Assembly (NCBI GenBank): GCA_963815195.1
Contig: CAWFGE010000012.1
Location: 320,001-384,000 of the forward strand
Source of the DNA: an uncultured Planctomycetaceae bacterium
GTDB lineage: Bacteria; Planctomycetota; Planctomycetia; Planctomycetales; Planctomycetaceae
Reading direction: 5' to 3'
DNA length: 64,000 nucleotides
Notes under the pieces: model-generated
Database searches by the model: none
What the model was told of the DNA's origin: nothing
The model's input: only the letters and a program-made list of their open reading frames with translations
Program-made: the position numbers and the translations under genes
In this document: in pieces, positions 54,552 to 64,000 of the stretch
How positions within the stretch are numbered: position 1 is the first letter of the stretch
Layout of the letters: each line of letters starts with the position of its first letter

Positions 54552-57047
54552 ATGCAGCGAGTTCTCTCAGCGATTCTGTTGGGTTGGTTGATGACCCCGG
54601 TTTTGGCGTTTGCCGAGGACGCGACGCCGGTGGAGGCGATGAAAACTCTCAAAGGGTTCCAGGTGGAACGCCTTTATAACGTTCCCGAAAAGACCCAAGG
54701 CTCCTGGGTCAATCTGACGATGGACCCCAAGGGCCGGCTGATTGTCTCCGATCAATACGGCAAGCTGCACCGCGTCACGCTGCCGGCTTTGGGGACGGCC
54801 GAGGGGCTTGAAGTCGAACCGATCGACGCCAAAATCGGCGAAGCCCAAGGTTTGTTGTGGGCGTTTGACAGTCTGTATGTGATGGTTAACACCGGCGGCA
54901 AGTATAAGAGCGGGCTGTACCGCGTCCGCGACACCGACGGCGACGACAAACTCGATTCCGTGGAAACGCTCAGGCTTCTGGACGGCAACGCCGAGCATGG
55001 GCCGCATGCGGTGGTCCTCTCGCCCGACGGCAAATCGATCTATGTCGTCTGCGGCGACAAGACGCGGCTGACCAAGTTCAATTCCTCCCGCGTGCCAGAG
55101 GTTTGGGACGAAGACCTGATGCTGCCCCGCGTGTACGGCCGGGGCTTTATGCGCGACACGCCCGCGCCGGGCGGATGGATCGGCAAGATCGATCCCGACG
55201 GCAAGCACTGGGAACTGATCGCGGTGGGCTTTCGGAACGAATACGACGCCGCGTTCAACCTGGCGGGCGATCTTTTCAGTTACGACGCCGACATGGAATG
55301 GGACATGAACACCCCCTGGTATCGGCCGACGCGGATTTGCGAGGTCGTCAGCGGGGCGGAGTTCGGCTGGCGGAACAGTTCCGGCAAATGGCCCGCTTAT
55401 TATCCCGATAGCGTCCCCTCCGTCGTCGACATTGGCCCCGGCTCGCCGACGGGCGTGACGTTCGGCTACGGAGCGAAGTTCCCCGCCAAATATCAACAGG
55501 CGATGTTCTGCTGCGATTGGAGTTACGGCAAACTTTACGCGGTGCACCTCGAACCGGCCGGGGCGTCCTACAAAGGCATCGCGGAAGAATTTGTCACCGG
55601 CGTGCCTTTGCCGCTCACCGATGTGGTCATCAACCCCAAAGACGGGGCGATGTATTTTGCGATTGGCGGCCGGCGGACGACATCGGGTCTCTACCGCGTG
55701 ACCTACCACGGCCCCGAATCCACAAAAGCCGTCACCACGTTTACCTATCCCGACGAAGACACCAAACAGGCTCACGAAAAACGCCGGGAACTGGAATCCA
55801 TGCACCGCAGGCTTTCGGCAAAAGCGATCGAAAAAATCTGGCCGTCACTTTCCAGCGAAGACCGTTTCATCCGCTATGCAGCGCGGGTGGCGCTCGAGCA
55901 TCAAGATCCGAGTTGGTGGCAGGATCGGGCGTTGACCGATCCCAATCCCTGGACTGTCATCACATCGATGATCGCCCTCGCCCGCGTCAGCAAGAAACCG
56001 GAACTGCAAACCCGCGTGCTGGGGGCGCTGGGTCGGCTCAAATGGAAATCCCTTGACGAGCCGCAGAAGATCGCCCTTTTGCGGGCTTACGAGCTGGCCC
56101 TGCTCAGGCTCGGAAAAGTCAGCGAAGAAAACCGCCAGGCGTTGATCGAGCATCTCGATCCCTGGTTTCCCGCCGGGAACGAACCCTTAAATGCGGAGCT
56201 TTGTCAGATTCTGGTGTATCTGCAATCCCCGACGGTCGCGAAGAGAGGTATGAAGCTCCTCGCGGATGCTCCGACGCAGGAAGAGCAGATCAACTATGCG
56301 AAATCGCTCCGGCTCTTAAAAACCGGCTGGACGAAGCCGCTCCGCGAAGAGTACTTCCGCTGGTTCCACAAGGCGATGGGTTACCGCGGCGGGGCGAGTT
56401 TTACATTGTTCGTGCGGGACATTCAAAAGGGAGCCGTCGCGAACTTGACGCCCGAGGAAAAGAAAGACTTGGAGCCGCTGTTGGAACTCAAGGAGGACAG
56501 CCCGGAAGCCGTGGCGAGTTTCCCGCCGCGGGAAGTCGTCAAGGAATGGAAGCTCGGTGAGTTGGAACCGCTCGTCAAACAGGGTCTTTCGGGACGGAAT
56601 TTCGAGCGCGGCCGGAAGTTGTTTGGCGAGGCCAAGTGTTTCGCTTGCCACCGCTTCGACAATCAGGGCGGGGCCATCGGCCCGGATCTCACAGCCCTCT
56701 CCGGCCGATTCAACGTGCATGACCTGTTGGAGTCGATCGTCGAGCCCAGCAAAACGATCAGCGACCAATACGCCGCCGTCAACATCGCCACGGTGGGTGG
56801 CGATGTCATCACCGGCCGGATCGTGAACCTCAAAGGCGACACATTGATCATCAACACCAACATGCTCGATCCGAATGCCCAGACCAACGTCAAGCGAGGC
56901 GACATCGAGGTCATGAAACCCTCCACCAAATCCATGATGCCCGAGGGCCTCTTAAGCACTTTTAAGAAGGACGAAATCCTCGACCTGATGGCGTATCTGC
57001 TCTCCCGAGGCAATGCGGAGCACGAGATGTTTGATCGGAAGAAATGA
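54552..57047 (+). CDS. PVC-type heme-binding CxxCH protein (beta-propeller + HEAT-like + cytochrome c)
   Basis: Signal peptide; DTDGDD, HGPH, GFRNEYD, GSPTG; C-terminal GRKLF..AKCFACH...IGPDL...SMMPEGL...DLMAYL. Confidence 0.88.
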   Translation: MQRVLSAILLGWLMTPVLAFAEDATPVEAMKTLKGFQVERLYNVPEKTQGSWVNLTMDPKGRLIVSDQYGKLHRVTLPALGTAEGLEVEPIDAKIGEAQGLLWAFDSLYVMVNTGGKYKSGLYRVRDTDGDDKLDSVETLRLLDGNAEHGPHAVVLSPDGKSIYVVCGDKTRLTKFNSSRVPEVWDEDLMLPRVYGRGFMRDTPAPGGWIGKIDPDGKHWELIAVGFRNEYDAAFNLAGDLFSYDADMEWDMNTPWYRPTRICEVVSGAEFGWRNSSGKWPAYYPDSVPSVVDIGPGSPTGVTFGYGAKFPAKYQQAMFCCDWSYGKLYAVHLEPAGASYKGIAEEFVTGVPLPLTDVVINPKDGAMYFAIGGRRTTSGLYRVTYHGPESTKAVTTFTYPDEDTKQAHEKRRELESMHRRLSAKAIEKIWPSLSSEDRFIRYAARVALEHQDPSWWQDRALTDPNPWTVITSMIALARVSKKPELQTRVLGALGRLKWKSLDEPQKIALLRAYELALLRLGKVSEENRQALIEHLDPWFPAGNEPLNAELCQILVYLQSPTVAKRGMKLLADAPTQEEQINYAKSLRLLKTGWTKPLREEYFRWFHKAMGYRGGASFTLFVRDIQKGAVANLTPEEKKDLEPLLELKEDSPEAVASFPPREVVKEWKLGELEPLVKQGLSGRNFERGRKLFGEAKCFACHRFDNQGGAIGPDLTALSGRFNVHDLLESIVEPSKTISDQYAAVNIATVGGDVITGRIVNLKGDTLIINTNMLDPNAQTNVKRGDIEVMKPSTKSMMPEGLLSTFKKDEILDLMAYLLSRGNAEHEMFDRKK

Positions 57048-57053
57048 AAAAAG

Positions 57054-57190
57054 AGAGCCGCGCACGAAGTAAGCGGTTTCAAACGGCGAGAGCCGCGCAC
57101 GAAGTAAGCGGTTTTTGAATCCGCTTACTTCGTGCGCGGCTCTCGTTCCTTTTTTGGGTATTCAAATCCGCTTACTTCGTGCGCGGCTCT
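57054..57190. repeat. REP-like family R5 cluster: four identical 23-mers (two forward, two reverse) between convergent genes
   Basis: AGAGCCGCGCACGAAGTAAGCGG at 57054 and 57089; reverse complement at 57121 and 57168. Confidence 0.92.
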
Positions 57191-57197
57191 TTTTTTG

Positions 57198-58548
57198 TCA
57201 TCCGAGCGACCAGCCCTTCCTCGGTTCGCGGCTGATGTATTGGTTGGCGTCGGGGCAGTTTTTGATGAGCATGTTCGCGGTGTCCCATTCGATTTTTTTG
57301 CCGGCCCGGAAGGCGACGTTGCCCAGGTGGTTGGCTTCGGTCAGGGGGCCGGAGTAGCGGAACGGGCTGCTCGTAGGTTTGCCGGTTTTACAGGCGATGA
57401 GCCATTCCTGATGCTGGCCCGGCGAGACGGGCAGGAACGGTTTGGGGCCTTCAAAGTCTTTGAACTGGTTCTCCGGCAAGAGGACGTGCTTGCCGTAGTC
57501 CGAGAGCAGCATGCCTTTTTCACCCACGAACAGGACGCCGCTTTTCCACGACTGCGGGATGCCTTTGTCCTGCCAGATTTGCGGTTTGTAGGTTCCCTGG
57601 TACCAGGTGAGCGTGCAGGCGGGCATGTCGCCCCGGGGGCCGTATTCGTACTTGGCTTTCATGGAAGCCGGGGCGATTTCCGGGTGGGGCTTGGGGCCGT
57701 CGGCTTCGATTGTGAGCGGGGCATCCAGCTTGAGCGCCCAGAACGGCAGGTCGATCCAATGGCTGCCCAGGTCCGACATCGTCCCGTTGCCAAAGTCCCA
57801 CCAGCGATACCACTTCGGGCCCGGAACATAAACCGAGTGAAACGGCCGATACGGAGCCGGGCCGATCCACAGGTCCCAATCCAGGTCGGCGGGCGGCGTC
57901 ATGGAATCCTTCGGGCGGTCCGCGACATAAAAATCGTGATTGGCTGCGGCTTCCTGCCGGGCTCTGAAGGCCCCAGGCCCGCGCGACCCACACGTGCACC
58001 TCGCTGACGTGGCCGATCGCTCCGGATTGAATGAGTTCCACCACCCGGCGGTAGTTGGGCATGCCGTGGATTTGCGTGCCCATCTGCGTCGGCACGCCGG
58101 CTTTCTCGGCGGCGTGGGTGATCGCCCGGGCCTCGGCCACGTCCCGCGTCAAGGGTTTTTCACAATAGACGGGCTTGCCCATCTTGAGGGCGGGCATCGT
58201 GGCATAGGCGTGGGTGTGCTCGGTGGTGCTGACGACGACCGCATCAATATCATCGGCTTTCTCATAGAGCTTGCGAAAATCCCGGTAAGTCCGCGCCTGG
58301 GGAAACCGCTCGGCGGCCTTGCCCAGGCTCGTCTGATCCACATCACAGAGGGCGACGACGTTGTCGTTGCCGGCATTGGTGATGGTATTCAGGTTCGCAA
58401 GCCCGCGCCCGCCGACGCCGATGAACGCGAGGTTCAATTTCTCATTGGGAGACTTGGCCCACAGCACGGAGGGCAAAGTCATCGCCCCCACCGCCGCCGA
58501 AGCCCCCGCCAAAAAATCCCGGCGGGTGATTGGATGTGATTGCGTCAT
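57198..58548 (-). CDS. Tat-exported Gfo/Idh/MocA family oxidoreductase (frameshift at ~57959)
   Basis: TRRDFL Tat motif, [33 protein letters not shown]. Confidence 0.9.
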
Positions 58549-58836
58549 GGCGAACCTCTTTCGATGAAAAACGGTTTGTGAAGGCAACCTGGGGCCGATG
58601 CGCTATCATAAATCCGCATGGATTCCTCTTCAATCTAGGAAGGATGTAACAGTCGCGTCGTCGCGTCGGGTTTTGGGTGGACGTTTCGATTTCGCAAGAC
58701 CGCACCGCATTTCGCGAAAATCTCACAGGGAACCCGATTTAAGGGACTTGGAAGCGCATTGCGAAGGGATAGAATAATTCTTGGAGCGACAAATCGGCCG
58801 GTGGAGGAGGCGCATTCTTTTTTGGGCGGGTGAAAC

Positions 58837-59631
58837 GTGACAGAGTGGCTCGATCGACTTCCGTTGCCGGGATTTTTCGGCGCGACGATGCTGATCATCC
58901 TGGTATCGGTGGAGTGTGGGTATTTGATGGGAATCTGGCGGAGCCGACGCTCGGAAGGCCAGGGGGAAAACGTGATCGGCTCGGCGGTGGGCGCAATGCT
59001 CGGGCTATTGGCTTTTATTCTCGCGTTCACCTTTGGGACGACGGCTTCGCGATTTGACACGAGGAAGCAGTTGCTGTTGAACGAGGTGAATGCGATCGGA
59101 ACAGCCGCACTCCGAGCGGAACTTCTTCCGGAACCGCATCGCACGAAGTGCCGCGACTTGATCCGCCATTATGTGAAGCTCCGCGTTCAAGCGACCAAGA
59201 TGGATGTTGTGCCGCGTTTGATCGTGGAATCCGAAAAGACGCTGGACCAACTCTGGGTGGAGACGACCGCGCTGCCCGAAGCCGATATGGATCCCCCGCT
59301 GCGCGCACTGTTCGTGCAATCGGTCAACGAGATGATCGACCTCCACACCTCCCGCGTCACGGTCGCATTGTATAACCGGATTCCGGGGTCCGTCTGGCTC
59401 TGGCTCGTCGGAGCCGTCGCGTGCACCATGTTCGCCGTGGGCTACCAATTCGGTTTCTCGCAGCAACGAAAGATCTTGATCCACCTCCTTCTGGCGGCTC
59501 TGTTGTCCTCTGTCGTGCTGCTGATCGCCGACTTGGACCGTGGCGGCGCAGGTTCGGTGAAGGTCAACATGCAAGCGATGATCAATCTAAGCAACAAACT
59601 GAACGGCCCCGGAGATTCCGCACGCCAGTGA
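58837..59631 (+). CDS. Membrane protein, DUF4239/bestrophin-like
   Basis: LGLLAFILAFTF...RF..R....EVNAIGT; RIP..VW; LIADLDR. Confidence 0.7.
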   Translation: MTEWLDRLPLPGFFGATMLIILVSVECGYLMGIWRSRRSEGQGENVIGSAVGAMLGLLAFILAFTFGTTASRFDTRKQLLLNEVNAIGTAALRAELLPEPHRTKCRDLIRHYVKLRVQATKMDVVPRLIVESEKTLDQLWVETTALPEADMDPPLRALFVQSVNEMIDLHTSRVTVALYNRIPGSVWLWLVGAVACTMFAVGYQFGFSQQRKILIHLLLAALLSSVVLLIADLDRGGAGSVKVNMQAMINLSNKLNGPGDSARQ

Positions 59632-59670
59632 AACTCGCGATCCGGCTTCTGGCGACGCACGACGGCCAAA

Positions 59671-61092
59671 TCACTTCTTCTCCGCTTCGGGTTTCTCCGC
59701 GGCGGCGGGGGGTTTTTGCTCTCTGGCGCCCGCGGCGGGTTTTTGGTCTTCCACGCGGAGTTCCTGCACGCCGGTTTTGATGAACAGGTACAAGTTCGGC
59801 TCGCCGGGCTGGGGGACGCTCGAAAACGTCATGCCGCCGACGAGCATCGGCTCGCCCACGGGCACGCGGAGCGTCGTGGAAAACCGCTGCACCTGCAGGC
59901 GTTCGCGGTCGATCACTTCCACAATCTCCGCGGGGCCGGCTTCCGGGCGGACTGCTTGGAGAGCGGGTTGGGGCTTGGCGGGTTTTTCTTCTTCCGGCAG
60001 CGAGACCCGGCTGTGGATGTCCAACAGGACCGTCTCGCCGGTGACGCCCGCGATCGGCGTGACCTGGAGCGCGGCCCCTTCCTGGATCAGGTTGACCTCG
60101 GGCCGGTACGCGACCCGGCCTTGGGGTTTGTCGTCGTCGCCTCGCGAAATTACGGGGCGAACCTGCACGACCGCCAGCCGCTGGGTGCCGGAGAGCGTGT
60201 GCACCGTCTGGCCGTTGTAGCAGGTGATCTTGGCCCGCCAGCCCGCGCGGTTTTTGCTCTCGGGCTTCTGGCGGTCTTCGAGGATTTTCTTCCAGGCGTC
60301 GGGCTTGATGAGGCCGAACGTCTTGAGGCCGCCGCCTTCGGCAGGTTGGGCGGGAGCGTCCGCCATCGCCGGGGCGAGTTCGGCGTCGGTCATCCACAGC
60401 CAATACGCTTCCAGCGACACCGTCCGCACCGTGCCCCAGCGCTTGCGGAACAGGTTCAGCATCGCATCGATCTGATCGTGGGTGTCGGCGTCGGCGGAGA
60501 TAATCAGCGCGTTCCCGAGCTTCGCAATCGAGCCGCCGTTCTCTTCGGTCCAAAGCTCGGGCGAGATGATGGTTTTGATGACGTTGACCAGATCGTCCAT
60601 CGAGGATTGCCCGGCGGAACTGCCTTCGCCCAACTGATGCAGCACCTGGCGCGGCTTGGAAGGCGTGTTCAGCGTTTGCGGCCGGCTAGGGACCGAGAAA
60701 AATCCGCCGCCGCCGAATCCACCGCCGCCTCCGAACCCGGCCTGGGTCGTGGCTTGAGCCTGACCGACCATGTTCGGAAACATGGGCATGGCGAAGCCTT
60801 GGCTCACCAGGTCGCTGCGCTCGACGGCGGGATAAGGCGGGGCGATCGCGAACAGGTCGCCCAGGTCGTAAATGCGGATCTCGGTTCCGCGGCCACGGGT
60901 GCTGGTCCGCCCGCCGCCGATCGTGGTGACCCGCCGGGTTCCGAGGTTGGCTTTTTCGAGCGCCTGCAGTTGGCTTTCGAGCGATTCGATCTGATCACGA
61001 ATCCTAGCCGTCTGCAAGTCGTCCTTGCCGCCCTGCCCAAAGACCGGTGCGGCGGAGAGAGCGAAAATCAGCGTGATAAAAATCGGTCGCAT
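59671..61092 (-). CDS. Secretin-like exported protein (NolW/N3-type domain plus compact secretin-like beta domain)
   Basis: Signal peptide; IRIYDLGDL; DDLVNVIKTIISPELW...NALIISADADTHDQIDAML; ITCYNGQ...QEGAALQVTP...FSTTLRVPVGEPMLVGG. Confidence 0.6.
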   Translation of the reverse strand: MRPIFITLIFALSAAPVFGQGGKDDLQTARIRDQIESLESQLQALEKANLGTRRVTTIGGGRTSTRGRGTEIRIYDLGDLFAIAPPYPAVERSDLVSQGFAMPMFPNMVGQAQATTQAGFGGGGGFGGGGFFSVPSRPQTLNTPSKPRQVLHQLGEGSSAGQSSMDDLVNVIKTIISPELWTEENGGSIAKLGNALIISADADTHDQIDAMLNLFRKRWGTVRTVSLEAYWLWMTDAELAPAMADAPAQPAEGGGLKTFGLIKPDAWKKILEDRQKPESKNRAGWRAKITCYNGQTVHTLSGTQRLAVVQVRPVISRGDDDKPQGRVAYRPEVNLIQEGAALQVTPIAGVTGETVLLDIHSRVSLPEEEKPAKPQPALQAVRPEAGPAEIVEVIDRERLQVQRFSTTLRVPVGEPMLVGGMTFSSVPQPGEPNLYLFIKTGVQELRVEDQKPAAGAREQKPPAAAEKPEAEKK

Positions 61093-61116
61093 GCGGTGTT
61101 CTCCCGTTCGAGGGTT

Positions 61117-61713
61117 TTATTTGGGGTCTTCGTTGATGCGCTTGAGGTACTGGTTGGCGATCTGGATTTTGCGTTCGACGACCGCCAACTCGCTTTCGAG
61201 CGCGGCTATCCGCTCCTTGAGTAATTCGGCGTCGGTTGCCTTCTTATTTATCCCGGTTTCGGCATCCACAAGGGCGATTTCGAGGGAACCGATGTCCTCC
61301 AAGAGATCCTTCCGTTGACCTTGCAGTCTTCGCTTCTCCATCGTCAAAGGCGTCGTAAAGGCTTGCATTTCGATGGTCCAGCGGGCCAGCGACTTGCGGA
61401 TCGCGAGTTCCGCTTCCGGCGGACCGATCACGCATAACGCGTTGGTTTCCGGATCCGGATAGGCCCCGATGATTTCCGGATTCCCTTTGACCTGGTAGCG
61501 TTCCGTGAACGCGATCGCCTCCTCGGGCGTGACCGTGACATGGTCGATTCGGAACTTAAACAGCCGGACTTCGTCGTTAAAGATCGACATGGGTTTGACA
61601 TCTTCAGCCGACGGCTTGGCCGCAATGGCGGTTTGCGGTTCGTCCTTCACCTGCCCGAAGGAAAAAGCCGTCGCGAAAACCAGCAGAGTCAACGTCGCAA
61701 TAAACAATCGCAT
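61117..61713 (-). CDS. Exported protein with a secretin-N/NolW-like motif and C-terminal coiled coil
   Basis: Signal peptide MRLFIATL...SFG; YPDPETNALCVIGPPEAELAIRKSL; heptad-rich C-terminus. Confidence 0.5.
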   Translation of the reverse strand: MRLFIATLTLLVFATAFSFGQVKDEPQTAIAAKPSAEDVKPMSIFNDEVRLFKFRIDHVTVTPEEAIAFTERYQVKGNPEIIGAYPDPETNALCVIGPPEAELAIRKSLARWTIEMQAFTTPLTMEKRRLQGQRKDLLEDIGSLEIALVDAETGINKKATDAELLKERIAALESELAVVERKIQIANQYLKRINEDPK

Positions 61714-61934
61714 GAAATCCTCGCCCCTTCCCGGTGCGTATTTCCAGCGCATGTCGAATCTCCTTTCGTTGGATCTCGAGCCTTGTCCCTCTTTGATATA
61801 TGCCGCGGCGCGGACCGATTGCGCGGGGTTTTTCGGATCGGTTCGAAAGTTCTTTTCGATGGGAGATTTGGTGGAAATGCGTTTTCAACTCAAATCAAGG
61901 CCGGCGGCTAGCCATCCAGGGGGTGCCCGGCCGC

Positions 61935-62897
61935 TCAGTTTTGGCGTTTCCAGCCTTGTTCGACGAACAGCGGGACGTATTCCTCCCCGATGAACAGGCG
62001 GTGTTCCGGCAGGGCGATCTGGTAATAGTTTTCCGGGCGGATGAGAAGGTTGTTATTCTCGCCGAGGTCGATCACCCACCGCCGGGGCAACTCCCGGCGG
62101 GCGAGCAGGCGGAGTTCGAAGGGCTCCAAAAGCATCGGCTGCATCGCATCGAAGAGACCGAGATGCTTCTCGCGGGCGTTCGCCAAAAACTCCGCGGTGC
62201 GGCTGAGCGTGATGTCGGCCTCGGCCTGGGTCCGCTGCGTGCCGGGCTTGGGGACGGCTTCGATGATGGAGTCGGCCTTGCGGAAGGGGTTGATATTCGG
62301 CCAGATGAAATACGGAAAGGCCCGGCCCGCTTTGAGCAGGCGTTCGTTGTAAGTCAACGGGCGCGGCGCCGGCTGGTTGGGATTGGGCTGCTCGCGGTTG
62401 AGGTAACCCAACAGCCGGCCGTAGCCGTCCATCACCTCGAACGCGAACGCCATGAAGAAGCGGAACGACTCGGTGTCTTGTCCCAAGATGTTCATGTCCT
62501 TTGCGATTTCCTCTTCGAGAAAATCCTCGGCCGCGCGGGCATGGCGGAGATGATTGGCCGCGACCCCCGCCCCGACGTGCGTGTGGAGATACTGTTTCAA
62601 ACCGGCGGGCAGCGGGCGGTTGAAGGCTCCCCATTCCTCGGCGAAGGGGTCGGACAAAAACCGCTCCCAGCGCGGATCGTTCAGCGAGAAGAATTTCTCC
62701 GTGCCGGGAAATTGAAAACTGACTTCGGGCGTATCGATTCCCAAAAACCGCACGCCCAGATTGCCGGCGGGCCGGACGTTGATCGTATCGCCGTCGTGGA
62801 CCATTTGCTTCACACTTCCCGGTTTGTCGCCCTGCCGGCCGAGTGTGAGGATGCCGATGGTCAGGTTGCGGTCGTCCAAAGTGCGAATCGCGGCCAT
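61935..62897 (-). CDS. Staphylococcal nuclease (thermonuclease)-like protein, no signal peptide
   Basis: HDGDTINV, VRFLGIDTPE, DGYGRLLGYL, NERLLKAGRA, AREKHLGLF. Confidence 0.75.
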   Translation of the reverse strand: MAAIRTLDDRNLTIGILTLGRQGDKPGSVKQMVHDGDTINVRPAGNLGVRFLGIDTPEVSFQFPGTEKFFSLNDPRWERFLSDPFAEEWGAFNRPLPAGLKQYLHTHVGAGVAANHLRHARAAEDFLEEEIAKDMNILGQDTESFRFFMAFAFEVMDGYGRLLGYLNREQPNPNQPAPRPLTYNERLLKAGRAFPYFIWPNINPFRKADSIIEAVPKPGTQRTQAEADITLSRTAEFLANAREKHLGLFDAMQPMLLEPFELRLLARRELPRRWVIDLGENNNLLIRPENYYQIALPEHRLFIGEEYVPLFVEQGWKRQN

Positions 62898-62996
62898 TTC
62901 GTTGTACCCCTGAAAAGAGACAAATCCGAATCTCGAAAACCGAAACAAATCGACCTCGGCGGCTGGAAGCCGAGGTTGCGGGCGAACTTCTCGCAT

Positions 62997-64000
62997 TCAC
63001 AGCACCGGCGAAAACAGGCGAAACGTGTTTTCGCGGATGATCCGCCATTTGGGGCGGCGGAGCCATTCTTCGAGTTCCAGTTTCTTCGCGTATTGAATGT
63101 CGTCCTCGAAATCTTCCTGCAGATGGTGGGCGGTTTTGGTGTCGTACATCACCACGCCGACTTCAAAATTCAACAACAAACTCCGGCAGTCGAAGTTGGG
63201 CGATCCCACGAGGGACCAGCAGCCGTCCACCGTCAGGGTTTTGGAGTGGAGCAGTCCCCGCTCGTATTCGTTGATTTCCACGCCCGCCCGCAGGAGGTCC
63301 TCATAAAAAGATTGGGCCGCCCAGACCGTGGGCATGTGAGCCGAGCGCTTGGAGAGGAGCAATCGCACTTTCACCCCGCGATACGCGGCCGATTCGAGCG
63401 CGGCCGCGAGGGCTTCCGTGGGCACGAAATACGACGTGGCCAGCGAGATGTTGCGGTCGGCGTTGTTGATGGCCGCGAACATCAATTGATGAAACACCGC
63501 CACCTCGCCCGCGGGCTCCCCGGCCAACGCCTGGGCCGTCACCGAGCCGGCTTCCTGGGGCGAGGGATAAAACCTGGGATCGGTGAGTTCCTCCTGCGTT
63601 GCGTAATACCAGTCCTCGGCGAAAACCTGCTGAAGTTGGAGAACCACCGGCCCGACCATTCGCAGATGCGTGTCCCGCCAGTAGCCCAGGTGCGGATTTT
63701 TGCCCAGGTACTCGTCCCCGATGTTCATGCCGCCGGTGAATCCCGCTTGCCCGTCGACGATGACGATTTTGCGATGGCTTCGCAGGTTGATCGCCCACCG
63801 AAAGCAGCTTGACGCCCGGGAGGAAGCTGGCCACTTGAATCCCGGCGTCGCGCATCGGTTGGAGAAACTTCCGCCGGAGCCGCATGGAGCCGATGTTGTC
63901 GTATAAAAACCGGACATTGACGCCTTCGCGGGCTTTTTGAATGAGCAGGTCCCGAAGCCGTGTGCCGGTTTCGTCGGGCTCCCAGATGTAATACTCCAAA
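62997..64000 (-). CDS. cls: Cardiolipin synthase, C-terminal part (start beyond window; frameshift at ~63800)
   Basis: EYYIW...LYDNIGS; LRSHRKIVIVDG...GGMNIGDEY; WRDTH; LHSKTLTVDG...GSPNFDCRS..LNFE. Confidence 0.9.
   Translation of the reverse strand, partial: WSITSGSPTKPAHGFGTCSFKKPAKASMSGFYTTTSAPCGSGGSFSNRCATPGFKWPASSRASSCFRWAINLRSHRKIVIVDGQAGFTGGMNIGDEYLGKNPHLGYWRDTHLRMVGPVVLQLQQVFAEDWYYATQEELTDPRFYPSPQEAGSVTAQALAGEPAGEVAVFHQLMFAAINNADRNISLATSYFVPTEALAAALESAAYRGVKVRLLLSKRSAHMPTVWAAQSFYEDLLRAGVEINEYERGLLHSKTLTVDGCWSLVGSPNFDCRSLLLNFEVGVVMYDTKTAHHLQEDFEDDIQYAKKLELEEWLRRPKWRIIRENTFRLFSPVL

Noticed and set aside
57054..57190. CRISPR array
   Set aside because: Mixed repeat orientation, spacers only 9-24 nt, no cas genes.
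61800..63812. 670-aa plus-strand ORF (likewise 5459-7585, 14123-15622, 40867-42345, 59716-61224)
   Set aside because: Antisense to well-supported genes; typical high-GC shadow ORFs.

Overview
64-kb window from a high-GC Planctomycetota chromosome. Evidence for this: planctomycete-type 'E.LE.R.LL' N-termini, PVC-type heme proteins, a Cys-type sulfatase, and kinase-STAND-FGE and secretin-like families. It is mostly gene-dense. Housekeeping genes: rluB-like, hisD, argB-argD-argF, hemB, cutA, cls, wecA-like. Envelope/accessory genes: an exported tandem cyanophycinase-like peptidase, an ABC exporter, a ~3,640-aa beta-helix/FG-GAP surface protein, an exported cyclophilin fusion, a secretin-like gene pair and a PilT paralog. 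About 15 isolated 1-2 nt frameshifts split otherwise intact genes, mostly in short runs; these look like unpolished long-read errors rather than pseudogenes. I saw no rRNA, tRNA, CRISPR array, transposase, integrase or reverse transcriptase. The best candidate for an undescribed system is a compact three-gene unit at 18650-25081: a transmembrane Ser/Thr kinase-STAND NTPase-FGE/C-type-lectin-fold receptor, an unknown Cys/Trp-rich protein, and a GT25-sulfotransferase fusion, converging on an ECF sigma/anti-sigma pair. The strongest non-coding signal is a set of at least six small non-autonomous repeat families. These include a three-level nested insertion with a 7-bp target duplication (42792-43238), MITEs bracketing the ABC exporter together with a duplication of its 3' end, and a covarying GTAA hairpin family.
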